A stretch of 63,556 bases of DNA, filler included, from Collodictyon triciliatum (Eukaryota): the NCBI GenBank assembly GCA_043381765.1. It is 6 parts of 6 records of this genome, joined end to end, with 100 filler letters (N's around TTAATTAATTAA, not from the genome) between each part and the next. Parts side by side here need not be neighbours in the genome. Positions count along the whole stretch, not along the records: positions 28,212 to 42,190 come from JBHJMP010001888.1; positions 42,291 to 56,259 come from JBHJMP010001889.1; 4 more parts are not named here. One strand, 5' to 3'. Every line of letters begins with the position of its first letter. The stretch's first letter is position 1. The position numbers were made by a program, and so were the translations under genes. Below the pieces are notes generated by a model. The model made no database searches. It was not told the DNA's origin and saw only the letters and a program-made list of their open reading frames with translations. Shown piece by piece: positions 29,324-43,695 of this stretch.

Positions 29324-32300
29324 CTAATCATTTCCATCAAAAGCATATCGCAGGAGGTTGTAGAATCGGGATGATTCGGATGGAGAGAGGTCATATTTTT
29401 TCATCACACTATCCTCATCGAGTTGATCAAAAATTTCATCTACAGTGTTCCAGGTCTCACATAAAAACCTCTCGCTCAACTCACAAAAATCGTGATCGAT
29501 GAGATACTCGATAAACTCTCCATGGTACATGTCCAAGGCGAAAGAGTATCTAATCGGAAGGTAATCGTTGATTTTATCCACCGTCAATCCATTTTCATCA
29601 GAATGAAGCTCCACTAGATACTTCAAGACATTGCTTAGATCAGGTCTAAGTTTGTAATTTTGCTTCCAACACACTTTGATTAGTCTTTTCATCTCATATG
29701 GAGTATCTTCAGGAATTAGAGGCCTAAGCCCCCTTAGTGTGAATTTTTGGGGTCTGGACTCATTCAAAAAAGGTTCCACACCAGAGAACATGTACCAAAC
29801 CAGAAGACCAAAGGCATATACGTTACTTGGCTCTCCTCGGTGCCCGATATTCAAGCCGTCCTCTCCATAATTACTATCATCTTCATAGAATGGCTTACAA
29901 ATTAGATCCACGACCTCAGGGGCCTGCCACTTATTTGAGCCATCCTGGTGAAGCTCCCCAAATCTTGTTGGTAGGTCAGACCCTACCTTATCCAAACCAC
30001 GTCGACTCACAATTCCAAAGTCTGCTATTTTGGCGATATCGCCTATTATCATAATATTGTCCGATTTTAAGTCCTCGTGATACAAATTTTTAGAGTGCAT
30101 AAATAAAAGACCTTGGCAGATTTGTTTAGAAAATTGCAATATTTTTGGCAAAGGCAGGTTCATTCCTTTATCCTTCTCCATCATTCTTTTTAGGGATATT
30201 CCCGCATGTTCCATTATCATAAAGAAATCATTTTCTTTTCGGTACACACTATGCAGTCTTACTATGTACTTGCAATCACGGCACTCAAGCATGAATTTAC
30301 TTTCAAAAATCAGCGATTGTATAAGATTACAGAGATTACCGCTGTCGATGAGTGGTATTGTTTGAATTTTGACGACGGCATCGTCATTCTGATATCGAGT
30401 TTTGTACACTCTTCCAAAAGTGCCGCTCGCTAGATACTCCAGGAGCTCAATTTTATCATCGCACCATGACTCTTTCATATCCGAATCAATCAGCTCTAAA
30501 TCAGGTAATGCGCTGATATTTAATTTACTAACTGTTTTCAACCTAACTAGGCGGTGGAATTTCTTGGACATACCTGCGTCATTAGATTGTAAAATCAATG
30601 AAACAGTAAATCAATAGATAATTACTATGATGAATTTAGATAGATGATGGAGACACTTAAGAATAACATATATTTATCCATATAATTTTTTCCCCTTTCA
30701 TTTGATTCAGGGGAATTTACTCTTACAACTTGATTAAGGGCATACCTTCTTCTTGGTATATTCTTCCTTTTCTCAAAAGTGGAAAGTAAAGAATATGGCC
30801 TTCGGCGCATTCTTCATTTTTTGCTCCAGTAAGAGAGCTATTCAACTCTGCAACTCCCGTCATTCCTCGTGATCTACATTCGTGGCACTCAGATATATAT
30901 TGATCGATAAAATTAGGACGTATTGCTGCTATTTTTCGTGCTAGAAAGGCTACGACTTCAAACAAGTCAATGAAATTTTGACTCTCGTTCTGTACTTCAT
31001 ATTTCCTTACTGTCAATTTTACAGCCCGTTCTTCAATGTACCATAGAACCACTAAATCAGTCCCTGGAATAAGCCGTTTACCTTCTGCATAACTGTCATT
31101 ATCGTCATGGTGGTTTAATGGAACTATGTCTTCTGTTAAATGCACTAATGCAACGTTGCTAAAAAAGTAATTATCGTACGAGCAATGTGGCCTATCTCCT
31201 TTGTTCAATCGCAGAGCTTGAACAATTATATTACTTCTATCCGAGATGTGAATCTCGGATCGACTTTTCATGTGGATGGATACTTCTGAAACACAATTAC
31301 TTTCTGCTCTTTGATTCCATATACTCTTAAGATTCTCATTATACTCCATCAGAGAGGGAAAAGATATACACTCCTTGTTGAAAATAATTCCTAACCCAAA
31401 GTGATCAAATATCTCCATTATAAGCTCAAAGGTACTATCTTCGATAATCATTGAAAATGTGGAATCGATTTTTTCTTTTAACTGGCTTTTCAGTACAATT
31501 CCATTTGTATTTTTTCCAGCACCTTTGAAGCTAAAGACACACCTGAATGTGTTTATCAGAAAAGTCGTGTCTAAAAATACAACATGTTTGACATTTTCAA
31601 GAGAAGAGTACCACACGATAGAACCGAGTTCGTGCAAAAAGCCAAGGGCACTATTACACTCATCAGAACTCATATTGAGAAATTTGTTTGCAAAAAGATA
31701 AATGTCCTGAAGTGGTTCATATTTTTTTGAACAGCTTTTGGAATCGAGATATTTTTTCAGACTGAGGTAAGTGTTTGGAACGCGTTTGTTCATTATATCA
31801 AGCTGAAACATCGCATCATATATTCCCCGTTTCAAATAAGATATCCCATGCCCAGTCTTGTTGCTGATTTTAGTGTATGTGCTAATGAAACTATGATGTG
31901 TATTGGTCTTTACAATATTATCAATTTCAGCTCTCATTTCTGCATAGTATGCTGGTATTTCTGCGTCTAAGTACGAACCTACTATCAAAATTTTTGATCC
32001 AGGAGAAAAATCATCCAGCATTTTGATCCATCGTCCTAGATTATTCTTTTCTTTTCCTTGATCAACTCGGTATAATATTAAAACTAAAGCACCAGAGGAT
32101 AAAAAGAAAGGATGTGTTACTTGGAAGTCTTCTTGCCCCCCAAAATCCCATATTGTTAGGGATAGTTTCTTTTGGAAAGTCCTACTTATAATTGATTCAT
32201 CGATGTCAACTTTAGCGATACCATCAGTTCTCTCCCTTTTTTCATCGGTTGGTGGATAAAAGAACCAGTAATTTTGGTTAATTGATTGTATTAAAGTTGT

Positions 32301-35300
32301 TTTGCCAGCTTCTCCTTCTCCAAGAAGTATAACTCTTCCGTGATTCCAATCAGTGCTCCCGTTTATCAATGAAGAAAGGAAATCAAAGATGGCGCTAGAG
32401 CCTTGCTTAAGAACACTTAGAGGGATATTATGTATTGCATTCCCTTGACAATAGAGACCGAATTTTAGAGCTTTCATCTTTCCAATAATACTAGGAATTT
32501 CTGTGACCTACGTCGTAAATAATTTTACCCAATTACACCTATCAATCATTTAATAATTTTTTTTCTTTTTACAAACATCAAAATGTCGGTACTGCTACTC
32601 TACTAAGCTTAAACAAGATTGATATCAACCTGATTATCTGATATATTCAACTCCTTTAAATTGACCAGTTTCGCTATCGCCTCAGGTATGAAAGTTATCT
32701 GTTTTTTTTTCCCCACATAACACCGGAAAGGTGAATGAGTGTTTATTATATGTGATGTAGAATTCAAGAAATAACCCACTTGATTACTGGAGACGTCAAG
32801 TTTTTCAATGGATGGCATTTCATACAAGAATTCAGGAATGGAAGAAATCTGTCAAAAGTTTAATTAATGGTCATATTTGCTGTATATTCATCTCCTCCCT
32901 CCCCTATCTATCCTTTGATTCAAAATACTTTAAATAATTCCATAGCGAACATGTATTTATTTTATTATCACTTTTTTTGCTACGTTTTTAATTGAAGATG
33001 ATATTAAAAATTCAACCATTTTGAATTAAAGATACCTTGATTTGTGAGATATATAAACTTTTTAAATTCTCCAATCGCGAGAATAAAATAGGCAGTGTGC
33101 TGATCTAATGAAATTACCGACATGATTAATATATGTGCGAATGACACGTTGAAAATACAAGATGTAGTGAAACCATCGATTGTTGGTGCTCTAAAATTTT
33201 AAATTAAATCCATGTGAAATTAAATTGTCGGGTACTTCATTTCCAGATATATCCAGGTGCTCGAGCGTGGTTAAATGATTCATAAAAGATAAATTATCCA
33301 ATATCTACCCAAAAAAATGAAACTTAGTAACCTAGCCGTATGATATAATGCATCAATATATATATATATATATACATATTACATACTCCAGCGTAAGATA
33401 CAGACAGGGATGTCAAGTTGGTCAGTGAAGTTATAGCACTCGAGATGCTAAGTAGCTGGATGAAATTTGCATGAAAATTTAATACTAAATCCTCAAGCGG
33501 ATACAGAGTTTATTAGTTTGACCTGATTGTGTGATATATCCAGAGCGGTCAGTTGGATCATTTGGTATATGAACACAGGAATACCTGTCATCTGAAATTT
33601 GTACAGGTTAAGAAATGAAATTATATACAAAGATTAAATAATCGTACACTCAAGGATCTGGCATAAAGAGAACCCAGTTTCTTCATCATGGAAACCTGTT
33701 CTGGGATTGTACCGAGCTAATAAGAAAGAATGATGAATTGTTTATATGTATGCATGTGTAAATATCATGTGGCATTTCTTCCTCCTTTTTTCCCCTCATT
33801 ATCAGAGCATACCTGGTTCTCGGATAAGTTTAACGTCTCGATGATTGGCATGCTGAAAATGAAAGAAGGGACTAGTTTAAACTATTCAAAACATAATGCA
33901 GTTAGATAAGTACACGCGTACGTCGATTAATATATTAGTCAAAATTTCGGGTTAATGTGATTTTTAATTAGATTTCAAGTTAAAAGCTGATATTATACCA
34001 TAGTTTGACCATATCTGCTAAATATAAAAGAGCCATGTACTCTTTTCATAAACATTATTATCATTATCATTATCATTATCTTTATCATTATCTTTATCAT
34101 TATCTTTACACTTATATTTATCATCATATTTATATTTATCATAAAATTATATAAAAATAGACCTCATTATGGCTTAAATCTATTAAACTTAATTTTGTCA
34201 AAACGGATAAGTCAGACGGGAGATTGTCAATTTTTTTGCCTCTAAAGTTTAAAGCTGTTATTTCAGTAGAAAACTTGTCTATCATCCACGATGGCTTTAC
34301 GATCTGGTCCCCGTAATAGTTGGCCTAATATTTATTGGTATATATTACGATATAATGAGCTGATCAATACCAAAAAAAAATCACAATGTCATATATAGTG
34401 TAAATCTTATGTCATTTGGTACATGTTTATGATTTCAAATATTACAGGAGTATAAAGCTCTAGCCTCTTTAACGTTTCGGCTATTGTAATCGTGCCATAT
34501 TTTTCCTCTTTATTATCCCAACAAGGTAGTGATGTAATCCCCTCTGGAGCCCTTTTTACGTAAGTTTTGCTTGAAGCATCCACAATAAAAAGGTCTTTCA
34601 TATGCACCATAGCAGTAATCCAAGGTGGGATATCATCTATCTATTGGGCAAAATAATCGTTTTAGATCTTGCTATACAGAATCATTTCACATTATGGCTG
34701 CTCATAAGAAAGATACAGTTGACAACTATATTATTTACTTGCCGTTACTGTTGTTATGTCATTATCATTACAGTTATTATTATCATCACAGTAAACATCA
34801 TCATCGTCACTGTTATCATCATTATTTTTGGTTATGTTGTTCTTGTTACTTATTAGTAGTACATTACCGGATTATCAATTATATTTAGAAGAGTGAGGCT
34901 TGTGATGGCAGACATTTGATGCGGCAGGGAGGATAAATAGTTATTTCGAACGCCCAGTTCTAGAAGATTTGTGAGCATATAAAGTTCGGGTGGTAGAGAG
35001 GGCAGTCTGTTATTATGAAGATACAGCCACGTCAACCTCGTTAAAGCCGAGATATCCAAAGGTAACGCAGATAGCCTGTTATCTCGAAGGTCAAGGGCAC
35101 ATAAATTAATCAAGATGGATATTTCCGGTGGTAGGAAGGAGAGCTTATTCTTAACAAAATCCAGCTTAGTAAGGTTGGTAAGGCACGATAACTCGGTAGG
35201 AATTGTTTGGAGTGAGTTGTGTGCCACACTTAAGCATGATAACTTGTTTAGTGCAGATATCTCTTCTGGGAGTGATGATAGAACGTTATTGTACATGTGA

Positions 35301-35530
35301 AGAAGGGTGAGTGTTGTCAACATGGATATGTTTTTCGGTATACTCGTCAGTGAGTTGCGGGCCACAGACAAATGCTCCAGCAAAGAGCACTCACATATGA
35401 TAAGAGGAAATGTCTCTAGCAATTTTCGATCGAGTTCGAGTCTTGTGCAACGTTCGATCGACTGGTCGGCTGGAAGAAACAGAGGCCACAGGGATAAAAG
35501 CTCGTCCCAAAGCTGTCTCTGGGAGGCCAT
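29324..35530 (-). CDS. Roco protein: LRR - ROC GTPase - COR - TKL kinase - SAM-like tail
   Basis: First exon of 23-aa LRRs, then linker exons, then eight 69-nt LRR exons. ROC motifs GEGEAGKT, RTDG, WDFGGQE, VGSYLD, ISNKTG. COR LGFLHELGSIVWY. Phase-1 intron (~30574-30744) joins in frame to the kinase (LASGTFG, VVK, HEDLKSDN, DFG, WQAPE). Confidence 0.92.
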
Positions 35531-36490
35531 GTGGAGTCACAAAAAATGGCTGCAAGGCAGAGCAATACAAAAGAGCCAAGATGCCACCGGGTTTTACTCA
35601 GCGAGAACTACTAACCTAGTTGTTTGGCAGGGTATTATGCGAGCTACACCACTTTTAGTTTCATATGACCAAGTTTTTGGCTTTGAAGGTTTGAATACTG
35701 GTTATTGTCTCGGTTGTGTTTTTTGTTTGTGTTTTTGTTTTTTTTACAAGACAACAGAAGCCATCGCCAGATTATTGTCGATCGGTTTGGGTGATTCATT
35801 GATCAGGCGTGTGTGACTTCCCTTTAATTTTATTGCGTTTTGGACTATTATTGACTCTATTTCCATCACAAACGCTCCGGTAAAAAGGGAGGATGAAAGA
35901 AAAGAATCACCGCATCACTTGTGCGTTTGGCGCTATGAGAGTTTTGAGATGACTGCAGTCTGTATGCTTTTGTTTATCTTTTGGCTTTGGAATTCGAGAA
36001 AGTGAAGACAACGGGTGGACTTTGGCAGTGGGGATGATAACACGCGGAAGGAAACGCGGCGAGAAGATAATCAACAGATTAGGGAAACAAGACGAGCAGG
36101 GAGAAAAAATAAGAGTAACACACCCACGTTGACTCCTGAATTGCTGGTGTGAAGTAGTGACAGAGCGATAAAATGATAGTTGGAGAGAAGAAAATGCAAG
36201 TCTTGTTTGGAGGCACTTGGCCAGAATGAACTGGGCGTTTGAAAAAGGGCAGGTTTGTTTCTCCCTATAGAACACGCGCAAATCGCTGTGTAAGAATAGC
36301 GAACTCTCATGATTCAAAACATAATCGATGATAGATGGACAGATAGGTGACCACAAGGCTAAGGGATTAACTTATATTCTGTTTGAAGTGATGATAACGG
36401 TGATGGTGATGATAGTGACAAATAGTGATAGATTAATCATGATTCATTATTTCAGGAGGTTGATACTTTTGACGCGCTTGGAGTTCTCGC

Positions 36491-38197
<1,707 letters not shown>

Positions 38198-38506
38198 ACT
38201 CCAGTGTATGATCTAGGTCTGCAGAATACCTTGTCTCTTAAGTATAGATAAAGTATTGTTTTGTTTATGTTTTGCAGAACAGCCCGTCAAGGCTTTGAAG
38301 GAAAAGCAGAATTCGGGAAAGGAATAGACAAGTTAAAGTGGCAGGTTATTGGAATAGGTCACTAGATTTTTTTTCTCTTTTTTTCTTTGTCCTTTATTTT
38401 CTTTTCTTCTTGTTCTCCCTTTTTTCTCCATATATAATAATGTTTTGTTTTTGTTTTTTTTTTAAAAAAAAAAAAAAACAGGGTTAGTTTTACCCTGACA
38501 CTCAAC

Positions 38507-38563
38507 TGGTTATCAACACTATTTTCTTTCCTTTATTCGATTCAAAGTGGTTATCAACACTAT
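38507..38563 (-). mobile_element. 25-bp retroposon-tail-like insertion flanked by a 16-bp target-site duplication
   Basis: TGGTTATCAACACTAT at 38507-38522 and 38548-38563 flanks TTTCTTTCCTTTATTCGATTCAAAG. The same core recurs at 17412-17433. Confidence 0.6.
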
Positions 38564-39350
38564 AATTACCCATCCGTAGAAATAGAATATCTTGCGCAAA
38601 GAGCTCTCTTGGTTCCTCAGCCCACTTAAAGGCAGAAGAAGGACATCCAGTTTTGTCTCACAAGGCATTTTATGCAACTCCAAGGAGAAGCCATGCACCC
38701 GGCACATGAAGTATCCGAGGCAAAAGAAAGGCTGCGATATGAGCCCGATGGGTGTGGGTGCCTTGGCATACCCAGCCATGCTTCTGGCCTGTCCACATAG
38801 GCCCCTTTGTTTTTCCAGGCATCGGCACACAATCAACAGCCCGGGCATATGTGCTGCTTACACTCGCTGTCCAACCACCACATCTTGCGTTAGGCGGCTC
38901 GCGCACCCAAAAGGACACAACCAAAATAAACGGGATGCAGAAAAACGGTTACCGTTGCACATCATCAGGTATGTTGACATTATTATCTAATTGTGGGATA
39001 AATACTATATAACGGTTAATTACAATAAAATTAAATTAAATGGATAATTTAATATATACATCGATAAAATATTACATATATAGCTATCTTAGTAAGTGGC
39101 GCAGCGATTGCTCTGCCATAACGATTGGTGTCCAATCCCGCTCACACAAAGCTCACCACGAATCAGTTATACAAATGTGGAATATCATGTATTGGCTTCA
39201 TCACTTGAATTTTGGGTCGGTGTTTGTCACGGTGATTTTTTCTTTGATCATCCGCAGCTTGTTGCATAGCCTTTGCAGACAGAGATAGGCCAAAGAAAAA
39301 GCGACTCAAGCACAAAGGCCAACCCACTAGATACAACGTGCTGTAAAGAC

Positions 39351-40639
39351 ATGGAAGTGAAGATTCCCAAGCCCCTAGCAACTTGGACTTACAATCACAT
39401 GAAGGAATGTCTCAATTCACATGGCGTCATCAGCGAGGGCGGGTTCCAATTCTCGTACAGCGACGCCAGCGAGAACGGGAACCCAACAGCAGCGAAAGCG
39501 AGAAAGGTAAATATCTTTACTCTGGCTCTATGGCCTATGCCCTTTTTCCTTTACCTTTTTGCTCTTGAATGATGGGATCCATCAGTTATATCATTGTGCG
39601 CTTGTAGTAATATCTTGAACCATAATATTTGCTGCTGGTTATTCAAAGCAAAGCAAAGCAAAGCAAAGCAAAGCAAAGCAAAGCAAAGCAAACCAATGAC
39701 GAGCATTTTAAAAGATTTTGAAGAATGCAGCAATTGCATCTTATGCAAAAACCGCCTCTTCCGCCGCGCCCACAACCTCATCTGGGAAAAAGGAAAAAAG
39801 AGTCAAATATGGTATGAATAAATAATTTACCCCTTTCTGTCTATATCTTTCCGAGTTCGATCAAACCGATCATCCCTGTGATTGTGGCAGTCGCGGTGGA
39901 ATCTCCGGTCTGTGTGCACACAAAGGTTTTTTGGTTTATTTTTTTAAACAAAGTTTTTTTGGTTTATTGTTTCTTCAACTTTAATGATACCGTGTTAGAA
40001 GTGGAGCCGATCAAGACAAAAAGATTGCATCTCAGCCGAAGTACATGAGAGTGTTGTGGGCTAACATCCTATCCTCTGGCCTTCAGGAAGTCTGTCATGT
40101 CGTCCTCCGCTTCGAAGTCGTCTTGCGATCTATGGACAAATAATTCACTGAGAGCATGCCCAACAAACCATGGAGTTGTGTCTGAAGGTGGATTCATTTT
40201 CTCTTATAGTGGCTCACGTGCTTCCAGTCCTCGTGTGGCGGTGACCTTCTCCGAGAACGTGAGCCTTTTTTTATTTTGGCTGCAGAGGCTGCCACTGAAT
40301 TGCTTCCCTTCCTGTTTTTTGTTTTGTTTCGTTTTGCCTGTTATCTTCGTTACCCTTTAGGTTTGCCCGTATGTATTTTAGACCGTTTCTTCCTTCATCT
40401 TTCACTTACTCCTTATGATATGTTTATCTCTCAATCGTTTCTTTATCGCATTTGTGTTTCTTTTTAACCTTCCCTCTGTTTTCTGAAATAAGCCTTTATG
40501 TAATACGAATTTTGATTCAGAATGATGTATTCTTTGATCAATATCATAAACATATAATTGTTTACAACATTACCAATAATACCATTTTCATTGTCCATGT
40601 AATTTTTAGAGATTGATTCTCATTGGAAGGAAGTGATCG

Positions 40640-40715
<76 letters not shown>

Positions 40716-41664
40716 AAAACGAGTGGTTTTTTTCCCAGGGTTGGCAAACATCTGGAAAGGGGGTCAAATATTTCGAGTTAACCATCCTAAATCGTGGATC
40801 TCGTGGGTAATTTTTATTCTTGTGTTTCTTTAAGATATAGAAGGTAAGTTTGGATAAAAAATAGGAAATTTAAATATATTTGAATCATAAAAACACTGGA
40901 GATATTTCAATACGTAGTATATTTATGCCATGTGAGAATCTCTGTAATCTCGTTTTGATAATAATTGTACAAACCATAGTTACATCGCCATCGGGCTTGT
41001 TCCTGAAGGATATGACCAGAACTCCCAACCTGGATGGAAGGGAAATTCTATAGGATACCACGCTGATGATTCCGGTGTGTTCATAGGATCTGGGTGAGCG
41101 GCGTCTAATCCCAAATTTAATTATTAGCGCCTGTTTATTCAGGTTACATGCAAAAACATTAATTTTGTTGGTATATCAAATCCGTTGATAACAGAAAATG
41201 ATGAAAGAAGAACTTGTTTAGCGATTTACATACACATACATATAGAAATATAAACATTAATCTCATCATAATTATGGGATGGTTCGACTTGACTATACAA
41301 TAAGGTGAACTAAAACCTTGAATTGCTTTCTTTAGCTAATCTATGCCGACCACTCCTCCTCTTTTTCTTTTCATTCGCCAGAGGCCACAATACAACCATA
41401 CCACCAAGATGGGACCAAAATGACACGATTACAGGATGTGGTATCGATTATGAGAGTCGCCGAATATTCTTTACACGAGAGGGAGCTCGCCAAGGACGTG
41501 AATTCCCAATCCCATCTGCACCAATTCTTTTCCCAGCCATCGGGCTCCATTCTGAATCCGAGCAAGTGAGAGTCAACTTTGGAGCAAGCAGCTTCTCTTA
41601 CAGTGCTGCAAACTCATTCGCCCTCGACATCCGGTGCTCGGCTATGTTGAGCACAGGAGGCTGA
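39351..41664 (+). CDS. Single SPRY-domain protein (RanBPM/SPRYD3-type) with two candidate first coding exons
   Basis: Shared exons 40739-40806, 40980-41093, 41382-41664 give YFELTI..G..GYIAIGL..QPGW..SIGYHADD..DTITGCGID..IFFT..LFPAIGL..VRVNFG. First exon is 39351-39506 or 40097-40258. Confidence 0.85.
39645..39691. repeat. (AAAGC)n microsatellite
   Basis: Direct reading. Confidence 0.93.
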
Positions 41665-42294
41665 ACAAACAAACAAATAAATAAGTGGTTTACATCACAC
41701 ATACCAATTCCACCCACATCACAGTCGTGAAAAAAAAAGTTTGCAAGTTGCGTATTGATGTAGTTTCCAACCAATCCTTTCGGGGAAGGGGCAAAGCCTG
41801 AATGGTTTTTTTTATTTTTTATTTTTTATTCTTCCCTTCAATTTTGTGAAGGATGGTGGAAATGTAGGATTTGGTTCGTTAGCCAGACAAATTGAACAGA
41901 TACTGAAACATTCAAGATTTTTTATTTTTATTTTAGATTTTCTTGTTTTTATCCCTTTCTGAATGGCCACGGATCAGCATCGTAACTATGGATTAGTTTT
42001 TCTTTTCCGTGCCTGGATTCCTGAATCTGAAACACAAGCAGTCGATTCGCTTCGCTCTTGAAAAAATCTCTCGCAGCCGCATAGTAAACTCTTTGAGGAA
42101 AATGCCGTAGTATATAGCTTACCAAAAAAAAAAAAAAAAAAAAAACAAAAACACAGACCCCACACCAACACAAACCAAACCAAAGAAGAANNNNNNNNNN
42201 NNNNNNNNNNNNNNNNNNNNNNNNNNNNNNNNNNTTAATTAATTAANNNNNNNNNNNNNNNNNNNNNNNNNNNNNNNNNNNNNNNNNNNNGAAT

Positions 42295-42501
42295 CAAACA
42301 CAAACACAAACACAAACACAAACACAAACACAAACACAAACACAAACACAAACACAAACACAAACACAAACACAAACACAAACACAAACACAAACACAAA
42401 CACAAACACAAACACAAACACAAACACAAACACAAACACAAACACAAACACAAACACAAACACAAACACAAACACAAACACAAACACAAACACAAACACA
42501 A
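42295..42501. repeat. (CAAACA)n microsatellite at scaffold start
   Basis: Direct reading. Confidence 0.97.
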
Positions 42502-42658
42502 GATAATATCCAAAAAGCAACCATTTTCTTTATCCAACTGATCAACGATCATCTATCACCCCGCGACACGCTAAATGAAATCCCCTTGTCGAACGCGTCT
42601 TCATTTGTAAAAGAAAAAAGCCGAGCGAGAGATCAACGCGCTTCTGTCTTACCGAGGA

Positions 42659-43695
42659 ATGAGCGCAGCAGACACATTGTGCAGCCTTGGCCTATTTGCC
42701 GATCTCGACCTGGATGAGCACAAAAAGGCCAGTCTGAACGAGCTGCTCCAGGTTCGGGGCTTGTGTTCCTCAATGCTGATCCATCGGGGCCCAACTTTCT
42801 CTATTCGCATGCAGCAGTCACCATAAGCTGTTTACTTGGGTTTCCACGCAGGTTCGCCAGTTCGAGCCTGGGCAGTTTATTTACAGAGAGGGCGACCGTC
42901 CGGACGGGTTTTATATTCTGGCCGACGGCAATGCNNNNNNNNNNNNNNNNNNNNNNNNNNNNNNNNNNNNNNNNNNNNNNNNNNNNNNNNNNNNNNNNNN
43001 NNNNNNNNNNNNNNNNNNNNNNNNNNNNNNNNNNNNNNNNNNNNNNNNNNNNNNNNNNNNNNNNNNNNNNNNNNNNNNNNNNNNNNNNNNNNNNNNNNNN
43101 NNNNNNNNNNNNNNNNNNNNNNNNNNNNNNNNNNNNNNNNNNNNNNNNNNNNNNNNNNNNNNNNNNNNNNNNNNNNNNNNNNNNNNNNNNNNNNNNNNNN
43201 NNNNNNNNNNNNNNNNNNNNNNNNNNNNNNNNNNNNNNNNNNNNNNNNNNNNNNNNNNNNNNNNNNNNNNNNNNNNNNNNNNNNNNNNNNNNNNNNNNNN
43301 NNNNNNNNNNNNNNNNNNNNNNNNNNNNNNNNNNNNNNNNNNNNNNNNNNNNNNNNNNNNNNNNNNNNNNNNNNNNNNNNNNNNNNNNNNNNNNNNNNNN
43401 NNNNNNNNNNNNNNNNNNNNNNNNNNNNNNNNNNNNNNNNNNNNNNNNNNNNNNNNNNNNNNNNNNNNNNNNNNNNNNNNNNNNNNNNNNNNNNNNNNNN
43501 NNNNNNNNNNNNNNNNNNNNNNNNNNNNNNNNNNNNNNNNNNNNNNNNNNNNNNNNNNNNNNNNNNNNNNNNNNNNNNNNNNNNNNNNNNNNNNNTTGTA
43601 GGGAAGCGATAAAGGGCGCTCTGCTCGAAGCGTCTTGGTTGGCAACCACCGGCCAAATCATGACTAAACGGAAAGAAGACGTAGCTGCAGCCTAG
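42659..43695 (+). CDS. Small cyclic-nucleotide-binding (CNB/cNMP) domain protein, middle in gap
   Basis: Exon 42659-42751 (MSAADTLCSLGLFADLDLDEHKKASLNELLQ) splices in phase 0 to 42852 (VRQFEPGQFIYREGDRPDGFYILADGN), the canonical CNB start. Probable last exon 43602-43695 ends at TAG. Confidence 0.8.

Noticed and set aside
32630-33881. Regularly spaced units as a CRISPR-like array
   Set aside because: The units are divergent LRR exons with splice sites. There are no identical repeats and no cas genes, and the context is eukaryotic.
38592-38990. GC-richer patch with ORFs in several frames upstream of PKA-C
   Set aside because: No domain, splice pattern or second copy is visible. It may be a repeat fragment but cannot be supported here.
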